DNA of 64,000 nucleotides, from positions 2,231 through 66,230 of the forward strand of contig CAZLGG010000003.1 in the NCBI GenBank assembly GCA_964559135.1. Reading direction: 5' to 3'. The translations under genes and the position numbers were made by a program. Of the stretch, positions 10,099 through 19,568 are shown piece by piece (position 1 is the stretch's first letter; every line of letters begins with the position of its first letter). This DNA is from an uncultured Planctomycetia bacterium. GTDB taxonomy: Bacteria; Planctomycetota; GCA-002687715; DRQF01. The notes under the pieces are model-generated. The model did no database searches, was not told the DNA's origin, and saw only the letters and a program-made list of their open reading frames with translations.

Positions 10099-10186
10099 GG
10101 AGAGAGATTCGCAGCTCTCCTTTTATATTTCCAGCATGGCGTCGGGATGACGGGCGTGCTTTCGGCAAGACGTCTACGCGCCGCGT

Positions 10187-10654
10187 TCAGCCGCGCCTTC
10201 CACCCTCCGAGGGGAGCCAAACGTCGCCGCCCGGGTCCACGGCAAAGCGTTCCAGGAAGTCGTCGGGGATGGGGGCGGATGCGCCGTCGCGAGAGAAACA
10301 CATGACCACCTTGGCGCGGGCCATGGGTCGGCCCGTCGTCCCGTGGAAGACGCATTGCCGGAAGAGGACGGAACTCGTGCCGAGGCGCGCGAGGCGCGTC
10401 GTGATGCGTAGGACGTCCCCGGAGACCGCCGCCTCGAGGTAATCGCAGGCCAGATGAGCCACCACGAACCAAAGATCCATGGTGCGTGGGTACCATTTGT
10501 AATCCCTCCCCTGCGCCCGCAGGAAATGCTCCCTCTCGTCCTCGAACCAGCTCAGGTAGGCGCCGTTGTTGACGTGGTCATAGGGGTCCAATTCGTAGGA
10601 GCGAACCCGCAGAGTTGCCTCGACGGCGTGAGTTTTCGAAGGTGTGTCCTGCAT
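10187..10654 (-). CDS. Hotdog-fold acyl-CoA thioesterase (4HBT/YbgC-like)
   Basis: 155 aa with the YELDPYDHVNNGAYLSWFEDEREHFL pattern typical of 4HBT thioesterases. Confidence 0.7.
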   Translation of the reverse strand: MQDTPSKTHAVEATLRVRSYELDPYDHVNNGAYLSWFEDEREHFLRAQGRDYKWYPRTMDLWFVVAHLACDYLEAAVSGDVLRITTRLARLGTSSVLFRQCVFHGTTGRPMARAKVVMCFSRDGASAPIPDDFLERFAVDPGGDVWLPSEGGRRG

Positions 10655-10773
10655 GGTCCGAGGCCCGCCTGTCGCGTTTGTCCAACTTGTCCCCCTGGAA
10701 ACGCAGGATGCCGAATACCCGATGGGGCGCCAAGCCGATCCACCGAGCCCCCGCAGGGGGCGGTTTTTTTGAG

Positions 10774-10801
10774 TTGACGTCGCGTATCGGGGGTGTAGGA
10801 T
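10774..10801 (+). promoter_or_regulatory. Candidate sigma70 promoter for nrdJ (TTGACG-N16-TAGGAT). A T7 run and GC hairpin sit immediately upstream (UP element or terminator).
   Basis: TTGACG at 10774-10779 and TAGGAT at 10796-10801 with a 16-nt spacer. Hairpin GCCCCC-GCA-GGGGGC at 10747-10761 plus TTTTTTT at 10764-10770. Confidence 0.4.
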
Positions 10802-11027
10802 CGGCGTCGACCACTACATCTTGGGGTTAGGTTCGATGGCCCCCTCGAGACGCCGTGGACTGTTCGATCTCGCTGGCCGGGGAAATCACCGAAGACGCGA
10901 CCGGAAAAGTGTGAGTCCGGGAGACGGTTTTTTTCGAGGCCCACAGGGCCGATTGCGGGGGCATTCGGCGGACATGTTGAGCGGGAACCAGGCAGGGGGT
11001 TTGGTTCCATGGGAAGAGGGAGCAACG

Positions 11028-14000
11028 ATGACGACGAAGAAGACCAGGGCGAAGGGCGGGGCTGCGACGAAGAAGACGGCAAGGCGTCCCCAGGCCGGTC
11101 CGGGCGCCAGAGCTGGGAAGGAGTGGGAAGCCTTGAACTTTGAACGCGTTTGGACCCGAGTCGGCTCCGACCCCTTCGATCTCGTGGAATGGACCCGCAG
11201 GTCCAGTTCGATCCGGAATCCCGACGGCTCCGTGGTGTTCGAGATGGATGCGGTGGAAGTGCCTGCCGAATGGTCCCAACTCGCCACCGACATCGTCGTC
11301 TCCAAGTACTTTCGCAAGGCGGGAGTTCCGGAAACCGGCCACGAGGTCAGCGTGAGGCAGGTGGTCCGTCGGGTCGCACGCACCATTCGCCAAGCTGGTG
11401 AAACCCTCGGTTCCTATTTCAAGGACGAGCAGGAGGCGAACGCCTTCGAGGACGAACTCACCTACATGCTCGTCACCCAGCGGGGCGCCTTCAATTCCCC
11501 GGTCTGGTTCAATTGCGGCCTCAAGCACATGCACGGGATTGCAGGCAAGCCCGTGGGGAACTGGTACTGGAACGAGAAGAACAAGCGGGTCGAGCAGACG
11601 CCGGACGCGTATAGTTACCCCCAGCTCTCCGCGTGTTTCATCCAGAGTGTCGAGGACGACCTCTTGGACATCGCCGATGCCGTCAAGCGCGAGATGCGCC
11701 TCTTCAAGTTCGGCTCCGGGACGGGGACCAATTTCTCGACGATCCGCGGAGAGGGTGAACGCTTGGCCGGTGGCGGCACGTCTTCCGGGTTGATGTCGTT
11801 TCTGGAAGTCCTGGACAAGGCCGCGGGCGCCACGAAGTCCGGCGGGACGACCCGTCGGGCCGCCAAGATGGTCATCTTGGACATGGATCATCCGGAGATC
11901 GAGAAGTTCATCACCTGGAAGGCCAGGGAGGAGGACAAGGTCCGCGCCCTCATCGAGGCGGGATACGATGCCGATTTCAACGGCGAGGCGTATCGCACCG
12001 TCTCGGGTCAGAATTCCAACAACTCCGTGCGCATGACGGACGAGTTCATCGAGGCGGTCCTCAACGATGAAACGTGGAAGACGTATTACCGCACCACGGG
12101 CGAAGTGAAGACCGAGCGTCCCGCGCGTGATCTCATGCAACTCATCGCGTCGTCGGCGTGGCGATGCGCCGATCCGGGTGTTCAGTTCGACTCCACGATC
12201 AATCGTTGGCATACGTGCCCTCAAACCGACCGCATCAACGCCTCGAATCCGTGTTCCGAATACATGTTCCTCGATGACTCGGCCTGCAACCTGGCTTCGA
12301 TCAATCTTCTCAAGTTCATCCAGAAGGACGGGAGTTTCGACGTTTCGGGCTATCGACATGCATGTCGGACGTTCTTCCTGGCCCAGGAGATCATCGTCGA
12401 TCTGGCCAGCTACCCCACGAAGCAGATCGCCGAGAACTCGCATGACTATCGCCCCTTGGGGCTGGGATACGCGAATCTGGGCACTCTGCTCATGGTGTCG
12501 GGCATCCCCTACGACAGCGAAAAGGGGCGCGCGATTTGCGGCGCCATCACCGCGATCATGAACGGGACGGCCTACGCCACGTCGGCTGAAATCGCCGCGC
12601 GGAAGGGGCCTTTCGCCGGTTTCGCCAAGAATCGGGACGACATGCTGCGGGTGATGGAAATGCACCGCAAGGCCGTGGATGACATCAGCGAGGAGGCCTG
12701 TCCGCGCTCCCTCCTCGAGGCGGCCAGAGAGGACTGGGACCGCGCGGTGGAGCTGGGGCGCGTCCACGGCTATCGGAACGCTCAGGCGACCGTCTTGGCT
12801 CCGACGGGCACGATCGGTCTGCTCATGGACTGCGACACCACCGGTATCGAACCCGACTACTCTCTGGTGAAATTCAAGAAGCTCGCCGGCGGCGGTTACT
12901 TCAAGATCATGAATCAATCCGTCCCCGCCGCACTCAAGCGATTGGGTTACGACGACGAGCAGATCCGCGACATCAGCGACTACATCCTGGGGACGCAGAG
13001 TTTCGACGATGCTCCCCATGTGAGTCGCGCGGCGCTCATCGCTCGCGGCCTGCATCAGGAGGAGATCGACGCGGCGGAACAGGCCCTCGAGGGCGCGTTC
13101 GATCTGCAGTCTGCCTTTGCTCCCTGGGTCGTGGGCGACGCGGTGTACGAGCGATTCGGCATCGACGAAGCTCGCCGCAACAAGCCCGGTTTCTCCTTCC
13201 TCCGAGAGATCGGATTCACGGACGAGGAGGTGGCTGAAGCCAGCGACGTGATCTGCGGATCGATGACCATCGAAGGGGCGCCCCATGTGAGGGAGCAGGA
13301 CCTGGCCGTCTTCGATTGTGCGAATCGATGCGGCACCAAGGGCACCCGCTTCATTCACTACATGGGCCACATCCGCATGATGGCGGCCGCTCAGCCTTTC
13401 ATCTCGGGCGCCATTTCCAAGACGATCAACATGCCGAGCGAGGTTTCGGAGCAAGATATCGAGGACGCCTATCTCGAGAGCTGGCGCCTGGGATTGAAGG
13501 CCGTGGCCCTCTACCGTGACGGCTGCAAGGCCAGCCAACCTCTCTCCTCGACATCCGCCGGGACCAAGGAGACGGACGGCGACCTGGATGCGGAACTCCT
13601 GGCGGCTCGGGAAGTCATCCAAAGGCTCGAGCGGGAGCTGGAGGCGGCCAAGCGAGGAGCTCCTCTCCGAAAGCGACGGCGCCTGCCGAAGAAGCGTCGG
13701 GGGTGGACTCAGGAAGCCGGTATCAGCGGACAGAAGGTCTATCTGCGGACCGGTGAGTACGATGACGGGACGCTGGGGGAGATCTTCATCGACATGCACA
13801 AGGAGGGCGCCGCTCTCCGCAGCATGATGAACTGTTTTGCCATCGCTGTCTCGCTGGGGCTGCAACACGGAGTGCCTCTCGAGGAGTTCGTCAATGTATT
13901 CACCTTCACGCGCTTCGAGCCCCAAGGGCCGGTGAATCATCCCAACATCAAGTTCGCAACCAGCGTCGTCGACTACATCTTCCGCGTTCTCGGCATGGAG

Positions 14001-14339
14001 TACCTGGGGCGCACTGACTTCGTCCACGTGAAGCCCGCCGATGGTTTCGAAGAGGGACTGCTGGAAGTGGACGAGGCGGAGAAGAATCGCAAGCTCCGGA
14101 TGGAGAAGAAGGCCCAGAGCCTCGGACTGAACGAGGACGGACCGGCCGCGCCCGTCGTTGCCGAATCAGGGGACGACGCTTCGGCGCAATCCCATCGCAT
14201 GTCGGGTGCGCCTCTGGACGAGTTCCTCGGCAACATGATGGGGGATGCCCCCTTCTGCGACGTCTGCGGTCACATCACCGTGCGCAACGGTTCCTGCTAC
14301 AAATGCATCTCTTGCGGCAATTCGATGGGTTGTTCCTGA
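11028..14339 (+). CDS. nrdJ: Class II (adenosylcobalamin-dependent) ribonucleotide reductase, long monomeric form
   Basis: ORF 10821..14339 trimmed to the ATG at 11028 (GAAGAGGGA RBS). N-terminus [25 protein letters not shown]…VSKYFRKAG and a C-terminal Cys zinc-finger tail ([26 protein letters not shown]) are typical of NrdJ. Confidence 0.9.
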   Translation: MTTKKTRAKGGAATKKTARRPQAGPGARAGKEWEALNFERVWTRVGSDPFDLVEWTRRSSSIRNPDGSVVFEMDAVEVPAEWSQLATDIVVSKYFRKAGVPETGHEVSVRQVVRRVARTIRQAGETLGSYFKDEQEANAFEDELTYMLVTQRGAFNSPVWFNCGLKHMHGIAGKPVGNWYWNEKNKRVEQTPDAYSYPQLSACFIQSVEDDLLDIADAVKREMRLFKFGSGTGTNFSTIRGEGERLAGGGTSSGLMSFLEVLDKAAGATKSGGTTRRAAKMVILDMDHPEIEKFITWKAREEDKVRALIEAGYDADFNGEAYRTVSGQNSNNSVRMTDEFIEAVLNDETWKTYYRTTGEVKTERPARDLMQLIASSAWRCADPGVQFDSTINRWHTCPQTDRINASNPCSEYMFLDDSACNLASINLLKFIQKDGSFDVSGYRHACRTFFLAQEIIVDLASYPTKQIAENSHDYRPLGLGYANLGTLLMVSGIPYDSEKGRAICGAITAIMNGTAYATSAEIAARKGPFAGFAKNRDDMLRVMEMHRKAVDDISEEACPRSLLEAAREDWDRAVELGRVHGYRNAQATVLAPTGTIGLLMDCDTTGIEPDYSLVKFKKLAGGGYFKIMNQSVPAALKRLGYDDEQIRDISDYILGTQSFDDAPHVSRAALIARGLHQEEIDAAEQALEGAFDLQSAFAPWVVGDAVYERFGIDEARRNKPGFSFLREIGFTDEEVAEASDVICGSMTIEGAPHVREQDLAVFDCANRCGTKGTRFIHYMGHIRMMAAAQPFISGAISKTINMPSEVSEQDIEDAYLESWRLGLKAVALYRDGCKASQPLSSTSAGTKETDGDLDAELLAAREVIQRLERELEAAKRGAPLRKRRRLPKKRRGWTQEAGISGQKVYLRTGEYDDGTLGEIFIDMHKEGAALRSMMNCFAIAVSLGLQHGVPLEEFVNVFTFTRFEPQGPVNHPNIKFATSVVDYIFRVLGMEYLGRTDFVHVKPADGFEEGLLEVDEAEKNRKLRMEKKAQSLGLNEDGPAAPVVAESGDDASAQSHRMSGAPLDEFLGNMMGDAPFCDVCGHITVRNGSCYKCISCGNSMGCS

Positions 14340-14351
14340 GAGGATAGGACG

Positions 14352-15485
14352 ATGGCGGCGGAGTTCGGATCGCTCGATCGCGGCGTCTTGACAACGTCCC
14401 ATCTGATGAAACTCGCTAACGATGGGGCGCTCCAGGGAGAGCGCCCCATTCGTGCCGACCAGTTCCAACCGGCCAGTCTGGACCTCACGCTGAGCCGCGA
14501 GGCCTACAAGCTGCCGGGCTCGGTGTTGCCGCTGCGGGGCGAGTCCGTGCGCTCCCTCATCGACTCTTTCCACGCCAGGCCCCTCGACCTCGCGGAGCCG
14601 TCCTACCTGGACCGGGGACAGGTCTATCTCATCCGGCTGAACGAGTCTTTCCGTCTGCCGCACTCCCTCTCGGCCTATACCAACAACCGGAGCAGCATCG
14701 GCCGCATCGATGTTCAGACGAGAACACTGGCCGACGGTCATCCAAGATACGACAAGGTTCCCGCCGGGTACGGCGGGGAGCTCTGGATCGAACTGATCTC
14801 CAAATCGTTCGACCTGCGGGTACGAGCGGGCATATCCTTCAATCAGGCCATCCTCTATCAGCGCAGGGCTTGGCTCGGGGAGGAAGAGTTGCGCGCACGA
14901 TTTCAAAGGCAACCGTTACTGTGGGATGCGCGGGGGAAAGCGATCGATCCCGCCACGTGCATCCAGGACGAGGGCTTGCTGATGAGCGTGGACCTCCAAG
15001 AGGAGGTCGTGGGATGGGCGGCCAGGCGCTCGCCCGAGCCCGTCGTGCTGGACGAACCTCGAGTCCACGAGGCTCTCGAGTTTTTCGAACCCCTTCGGAC
15101 CTCGCGTCGCGGAGTCCTCCTGCTGGCCCGCGGTCGGTTCCACATCCTCTCGACGGCGGAGCGCATTCTCGTCCCCCGTGACCTGGCCGTGGAGATGCTC
15201 CCCTACGACGCGATGGCCGGCGAGTTTCGCGCCCACTACGCGGGCTTTTTCGATCCTGGTTTCGGGGAGTTCCCGGGGCGAGAGCAGCAGGGAACGGCCG
15301 CGGTCTTGGAGCTTCGCTCCTACGACGACGACCTCATGCTCCGACCGGGACAACCGATCTGCAAGATGGCCTATGAACACCTGGCCACGCCGACGGAACG
15401 ACCCTACGGCGCGGACGAGGCTTCGAGCCACTACGCGCGGCAGCGAGGTCCTCGCCTGGCGCGCTTTTTCCGCATGCCCGACTGA
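14352..15485 (+). CDS. Long-form 2'-deoxycytidine 5'-triphosphate deaminase family protein (tandem dUTPase-like domains)
   Basis: 377 aa with PASLDLTL and GYGGELWIEL-like motifs matching the long DCD family. Lies 13 nt downstream of nrdJ; GAGGATAGGA RBS. Confidence 0.55.
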   Translation: MAAEFGSLDRGVLTTSHLMKLANDGALQGERPIRADQFQPASLDLTLSREAYKLPGSVLPLRGESVRSLIDSFHARPLDLAEPSYLDRGQVYLIRLNESFRLPHSLSAYTNNRSSIGRIDVQTRTLADGHPRYDKVPAGYGGELWIELISKSFDLRVRAGISFNQAILYQRRAWLGEEELRARFQRQPLLWDARGKAIDPATCIQDEGLLMSVDLQEEVVGWAARRSPEPVVLDEPRVHEALEFFEPLRTSRRGVLLLARGRFHILSTAERILVPRDLAVEMLPYDAMAGEFRAHYAGFFDPGFGEFPGREQQGTAAVLELRSYDDDLMLRPGQPICKMAYEHLATPTERPYGADEASSHYARQRGPRLARFFRMPD

Positions 15486-15486
15486 T

Positions 15487-16557
15487 TCAGTGGGGCGTCG
15501 CCAACCAGAACCGATGGGGAACGAAGGGCAGGGAAACGACCTCGGCCTCCCAGGGGCCCCCTTCGCCGAGAGCGAGAACCCTCGTTCCCGGTTCCCAGCA
15601 GGTCTTGCGAATGAAGGCGAGAGCGATCGGGGATTCCAGGTGGGGTGAGAGGCACGACGAGGTCACTTCGCCCGCGTCACCCCCGTCCATGGTTTCGAGC
15701 GGACTTCCCTCCGGGATCAACGAGGCGGCACGCAAACCCATCAGGCAGCGATTGACCTTCCCGTAGGTGCGAACCCTCGCCACGATTTCCTGTCCGACGT
15801 AGCAACCCTTCGTGGTGCTGACGGCCCAGGGAAGATTGCATTCCGGAACGAGTCGCGTGTCGTCGAGGTCGCGATCCCATTCCGGCCAGCCCGCCTCCAT
15901 GGTAAGGATGCGCCAGGACTCCGACCCGGCCAGTCGTGTCCCGGCTTCCTCGAGGATTCGGGACGCGACCGCCGCGGCTGCGTCGGTGGGGACGAGGAGG
16001 CGCCAACCCTTCTCACCTGTTTCCGGCCCCGGCGAGATTCTCACCTCGACGCCGGCACATCGAACGACCTGATGGTGATGAGGGGGAAGCTCTGGCGTGA
16101 AGTCCCCCTCGACTGAGGCCGCGATGACTTCGTCGGACGTCGGCCCCGAGAGGTGGAGGAGGAGTGTCGACGGTGTCACATCGACCAACTCACAGTCATC
16201 GAGCATCGCGAAGGGGGCAAAGGTTCGGCATGTGGGGTCCAAACGGGCGAGGGGGAGTTCCACCAGCATGCGGTCCGACGTGAGGCGGCGAATGACCATC
16301 GGGGCCTGGAGGCGTGCCTTCCGATTCAGCTGCAGCGAGAAGGCCCCCGCTCCATCATCGAGTGCGAGAACGTCCTGGGTCGTCTGACCGTGCAAGAGTT
16401 TGGGGGCGCCGGCCCCACGGATCTCGATGAGCCCACGGTCGTCGAGAAAGTGAAGGATGGCGCCGCGGCGCCCTTCGAGGGCCTCCTCCGCGGGGTCGAA
16501 GGGATCCGCCGGAGACAGGGCTCGAACTGCCTTCGAGGCTTCATCGCGGGTCGTCAT
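15487..16557 (-). CDS. ygfZ: YgfZ/CAF17 folate-binding Fe-S cluster repair protein (GcvT-like fold)
   Basis: KGCYVGQE signature motif; 356 aa. AGGAGG RBS. Divergent from iscS. Confidence 0.75.
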   Translation of the reverse strand: MTTRDEASKAVRALSPADPFDPAEEALEGRRGAILHFLDDRGLIEIRGAGAPKLLHGQTTQDVLALDDGAGAFSLQLNRKARLQAPMVIRRLTSDRMLVELPLARLDPTCRTFAPFAMLDDCELVDVTPSTLLLHLSGPTSDEVIAASVEGDFTPELPPHHHQVVRCAGVEVRISPGPETGEKGWRLLVPTDAAAAVASRILEEAGTRLAGSESWRILTMEAGWPEWDRDLDDTRLVPECNLPWAVSTTKGCYVGQEIVARVRTYGKVNRCLMGLRAASLIPEGSPLETMDGGDAGEVTSSCLSPHLESPIALAFIRKTCWEPGTRVLALGEGGPWEAEVVSLPFVPHRFWLATPH

Positions 16558-16617
16558 CGTGATTGTGGCCTCCTATGTCTTTCCCATGGGCATGGGGGAG
16601 GATATCATGGCCGCATC

Positions 16618-17778
16618 ATGAGCGGTAACCCGACCCTCTATCTCGACAACTGCGCAACGACCCCCGTGGACCCGCGCGTGCTCGAGGCCATGCTGCCGTA
16701 TCTGCAAGAGCAGTTCGGGAACCCATCGAGCAAACACGCCTACGGATTCGAAGCCGCGGACGCCGTCGAGGAGGCCCGCGATGACGCAGCCCGCCTCATT
16801 CATTGTCGCGGGGACGAGATCGTGTGGACGAGCGGGGCCACGGAATCCACGAATCTGGCCCTCAAGGGACTCTTTGCGGCGGGTGATGGTAAGCGAAACG
16901 GTCTCGTGACGGTGGCCACCGAGCACAAGGCGACGCTGGACGTGGCGAAATGGTTGGCGCGACAGGGAGCCGATGTGACGGTCCTTCCGGTGGACGAGGA
17001 GGGTTTGCTGGATCTGGACCGGCTCGCCGAAGCCGTGACTGAGAAGACTCTTGTCGTCTCGGTGATGGGCGTCAACAACGAGACCGGCGTCATCCAGGAT
17101 TTGGAATCGATCGGTCGAATCGCTTCCGAAAAAGGGGCCTATTTCCACTGCGATGCGGCTCAGGCGTTCGGCAAGATGACCCTGGACGTGGAGGACTGCA
17201 GGATCGACCTCATGAGCGTTTCGGGACACAAAATCTATGCCCCGAAAGGCGTGGGGTTTCTCTACGTCCGCGGACGTGGGAAGAAGACCGTTGTCGCGGA
17301 GCTGATCCACGGCGGTGGGCATGAGAACGGACGACGGTCCGGAACCCTCAACGTCCCGGGGATCGTGGCCCTCGGCAAGGCAGCCCAGTTGGCGCGTGAC
17401 GAACTCAAGGAGGAACAGGTGCGCCTCCGTCACATGAGGGACGCGCTCCATGCACGCCTCGAGGACGAACTGGAAGGCATTTTTCTGAATGGTTCGCCGA
17501 CCCGAAGGGTCGCCGGAACCTTGAACGTTTCCCTCCGAGGCGCCGACGCTCAGACCATCATGATGGCGTGTCCGCAATTGGCCATTTCGGCGGGGAGCGC
17601 TTGCAACGCGCAGAGCGTCGAGCCCAGCTACGTGTTGAAGGCGATGGGGTGCTCGACATCGAGGGCCCTTTCCGCCCTGCGTTTCGGTTTTGGACGATTC
17701 AATACCGATGAGGATGTAGAGCGAGCAGCGACTTGGGTGGTGGAGGCCGCCCGGGCGACGCGCGCTGGACGGCGATGA
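16618..17778 (+). CDS. iscS: Cysteine desulfurase (class V aminotransferase, IscS/NifS type)
   Basis: ORF 16153..17778 trimmed to the ATG at 16618 (MSGNPTLYLDNCATTPVDPRVLEAM…). PLP lysine motif SVSGHKIYAPKGVGFLY. Active-site Cys loop ISAGSACNAQS. Confidence 0.85.
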   Translation: MSGNPTLYLDNCATTPVDPRVLEAMLPYLQEQFGNPSSKHAYGFEAADAVEEARDDAARLIHCRGDEIVWTSGATESTNLALKGLFAAGDGKRNGLVTVATEHKATLDVAKWLARQGADVTVLPVDEEGLLDLDRLAEAVTEKTLVVSVMGVNNETGVIQDLESIGRIASEKGAYFHCDAAQAFGKMTLDVEDCRIDLMSVSGHKIYAPKGVGFLYVRGRGKKTVVAELIHGGGHENGRRSGTLNVPGIVALGKAAQLARDELKEEQVRLRHMRDALHARLEDELEGIFLNGSPTRRVAGTLNVSLRGADAQTIMMACPQLAISAGSACNAQSVEPSYVLKAMGCSTSRALSALRFGFGRFNTDEDVERAATWVVEAARATRAGRR

Positions 17779-17811
17779 ACTCGCAGACTCGGTGAACGGA
17801 GCGAAGATCCC

Positions 17812-18135
17812 ATGATGATCGTGACGGACAAGGCGGCGGAGAAGATCCAGGCCCTTTTGAATGCGGAGGGCAAGGATACGACCCATGGACTCCGTATCGG
17901 TGTGAGGAGTGGCGGATGTTCGGGTTTCCAATATGAGATGGTGTTCGACGCGCCCAAGGAGGCCGACGAGGTCTTTTCCAACGGCGAGGCGAAGGTCCTC
18001 GTGGACAAGAAGAGTCTGTTGTTCGTGGACGGCTCGGTCCTCGATTACAACGAGGGGCTCACCAACGCCGGATTCGTGATTCGAAACCCCCAGGCCACGG
18101 ACACCTGTGGCTGCGGGCAGTCGTTCTCGGTCTGA
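17812..18135 (+). CDS. iscA: IscA/HesB-family Fe-S cluster insertion protein
   Basis: 107 aa with GGCSGFQY and C-terminal CGCGQSF cysteine motifs. Confidence 0.85.
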   Translation: MMIVTDKAAEKIQALLNAEGKDTTHGLRIGVRSGGCSGFQYEMVFDAPKEADEVFSNGEAKVLVDKKSLLFVDGSVLDYNEGLTNAGFVIRNPQATDTCGCGQSFSV

Positions 18136-18160
18136 CGGGGCGGTTTCCCGGATTCGCCCC

Positions 18161-18189
18161 TTGAAACCGGCGCTTCCGGTCATAATATC
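18161..18189 (+). promoter_or_regulatory. Sigma70-like promoter for tRNA-Gly(GCC): TTGAAA-N17-TAATAT
   Basis: TTGAAA at 18161-18166 and TAATAT at 18184-18189; the tRNA starts 11 nt downstream. A GGGGCG/CGCCCC hairpin (18137-18160) just after the iscA stop overlaps the -35. Confidence 0.5.
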
Positions 18190-18200
18190 CACAACGACTT

Positions 18201-18272
18201 GCGGGTGTAGCTCAGTGGTAGAGCACTGCCTTGCCAAGGCAGTTGTCGTGAGTTCAAATCTCATCACCCGCT
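18201..18272 (+). tRNA. tRNA-Gly (anticodon GCC)
   Basis: Cloverleaf folded by hand: acceptor GCGGGTG/CACCCGC, D-arm GCTCAGTGGTAGAGC, anticodon stem CTGCC/GGCAG with loop TTGCCAA, T-arm GTGAG-TTCAAAT-CTCAT, discriminator U. CCA is not encoded. Confidence 0.9.
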
Positions 18273-18278
18273 CTCGAG

Positions 18279-18309
18279 CCCTCGGATTCCACCGATCCGA
18301 GGGTTTTTT
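18279..18309 (+). terminator. Rho-independent terminator after tRNA-Gly(GCC)
   Basis: 9-bp stem CCCTCGGAT/ATCCGAGGG with a 7-nt loop, followed by TTTTTT. Confidence 0.6.
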
Positions 18310-18392
18310 CATGGCCGGGCTCTCCACGGCGAGCCTCCTCCGACTGTCCCCCGGATTTCGCAAAGTGATTCGGTTGTCCGGAGATCACAGCC

Positions 18393-19568
18393 ATGCCCTT
18401 CTCGAGACAGCGCGCCCATGTCGGCCTATTCTTGCTCATCGGCGTCCTGGGATGCGCCGAGATCCCTCGTCGCGATTCCGCGACGGCCGCGCTGCGTTTG
18501 GCACGAGGGGAGATGCAGGCCGGTCGCTATCATCGTGCCGAGGCCGTCCTCGAGTCGTTGAGCCGATCTCGATCCGTGCCGCCGGAGGCCGAGCTGCTTC
18601 TCGGGCGATGCTTTCTCGAGACGGGAGAGGATGCCGCCGCGATGGAGTGCTTCTATCGGGCTGAAGAGGGAGCCGAGCGAAGCGGTGAACGGCCTGTCGC
18701 GTTCGCGGCGGCCCGGGCTCTCGGCATGATGGCCGAGAAGGAAGGACGGCGGCGCCTGGCTCTCGAGCACTTCAACAGGGCGTTTCCCGGGGCCGGGTCG
18801 GAGTCGGCAAGGGATGATCTCGCCGTTCGAATGAGCCGTCTCGAGTGGGAGTTGGGCCGACCCCGCGAGGCGCGGGCCTACCTTTCCCGAGTGCGCGGCA
18901 GGAAGGGAGCGGCGTATCGAGAACTGTCTGCGCGGATGCAACGTGATGCGGCCCCTCCCAGGGTCACCCCGCCACCTCCCCGACGGGCTCCCGCGCAGCC
19001 GAAGTCTCACGCGCCCGAGATTCTCCCTCGTCGTCTTTGGCGCGCCGCCCCCGTTCTTGCAAGCGGCGACCCCACGGCCATGACACCCATTCATCGCATC
19101 ACTGTTCACCACGCCGCGGACGGTGATTCTCCTCCAACGACGATGGCACGTGCTGCCGCGAGACTGAGAAGCTATCAGGCCGACCATCAAGGTCGCAGAG
19201 GATGGGCCGACATCGGGTATCACTTCGTCATCGACGGGGCGGGACGCATCTGGGAGGGACGCCCCCTCCGCTGGCAGGGTGCGCATGCAGGGAACGCGGA
19301 CCTGAACCGCGGAAATATCGGAATCTGTCTCATGGGCAATTTCGACCGGATCGAAGTGAGGGACGCTCAAGCGAAAAGCTTGGCGCGTCTTCTGGACTGG
19401 CTCCTTGGAACCTACGAGATCTCACCCCGCAATGTTCGCGGACATGGGGAACTCCTCCAGGACGTTCCCGGGCGGGGGACGGCTTGCCCGGGCGAGAATC
19501 TGATGAGATTCCTCTCCCGCTGGCGGAAGGAGAGGGACATGGTCGTCAGCGCTCGGAAAAGGGGATGA
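18393..19568 (+). CDS. Lipoprotein with C-terminal N-acetylmuramoyl-L-alanine amidase (Amidase_2/PGRP) domain and N-terminal TPR-like region
   Basis: Lipobox LIGVLGC. C-terminal ITVHHAA…GWADIGYHFVIDGAGRIWEGRP…GAHAG…CPG pattern of zinc amidases. Confidence 0.7.
   Translation: MPFSRQRAHVGLFLLIGVLGCAEIPRRDSATAALRLARGEMQAGRYHRAEAVLESLSRSRSVPPEAELLLGRCFLETGEDAAAMECFYRAEEGAERSGERPVAFAAARALGMMAEKEGRRRLALEHFNRAFPGAGSESARDDLAVRMSRLEWELGRPREARAYLSRVRGRKGAAYRELSARMQRDAAPPRVTPPPPRRAPAQPKSHAPEILPRRLWRAAPVLASGDPTAMTPIHRITVHHAADGDSPPTTMARAAARLRSYQADHQGRRGWADIGYHFVIDGAGRIWEGRPLRWQGAHAGNADLNRGNIGICLMGNFDRIEVRDAQAKSLARLLDWLLGTYEISPRNVRGHGELLQDVPGRGTACPGENLMRFLSRWRKERDMVVSARKRG

Noticed and set aside
10099-10130. 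GGAGAG…CTCTCC hairpin followed by TTTTATATTT between two minus-strand genes
   Set aside because: The terminator orientation is for the plus strand, where nothing is transcribed. On the minus strand it lies just upstream of the 10098 start codon. Probably incidental or an RBS-region structure.
10900-10935. Cobalamin riboswitch B12-box-like AGTCCGGGAGAC in the nrdJ leader
   Set aside because: The match is confined to part of the B12 box. The GCCACTG core and surrounding paired elements are not present, and a B12-dependent RNR is not expected to be repressed by B12.
10827-14027. 1066-aa ORF antisense to nrdJ, and similar long antisense ORFs (16573..18363 opposite iscS, 24394..25728 opposite trpS, 20073..21854 opposite secDF, 44510..47908 and 7184..9136)
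   Set aside because: They sit opposite genes with strong recognisable homology. They are Arg/Gly/Pro-rich and low-complexity, as expected from stop-codon depletion in the antisense strand of GC-rich DNA, and lack RBS context.
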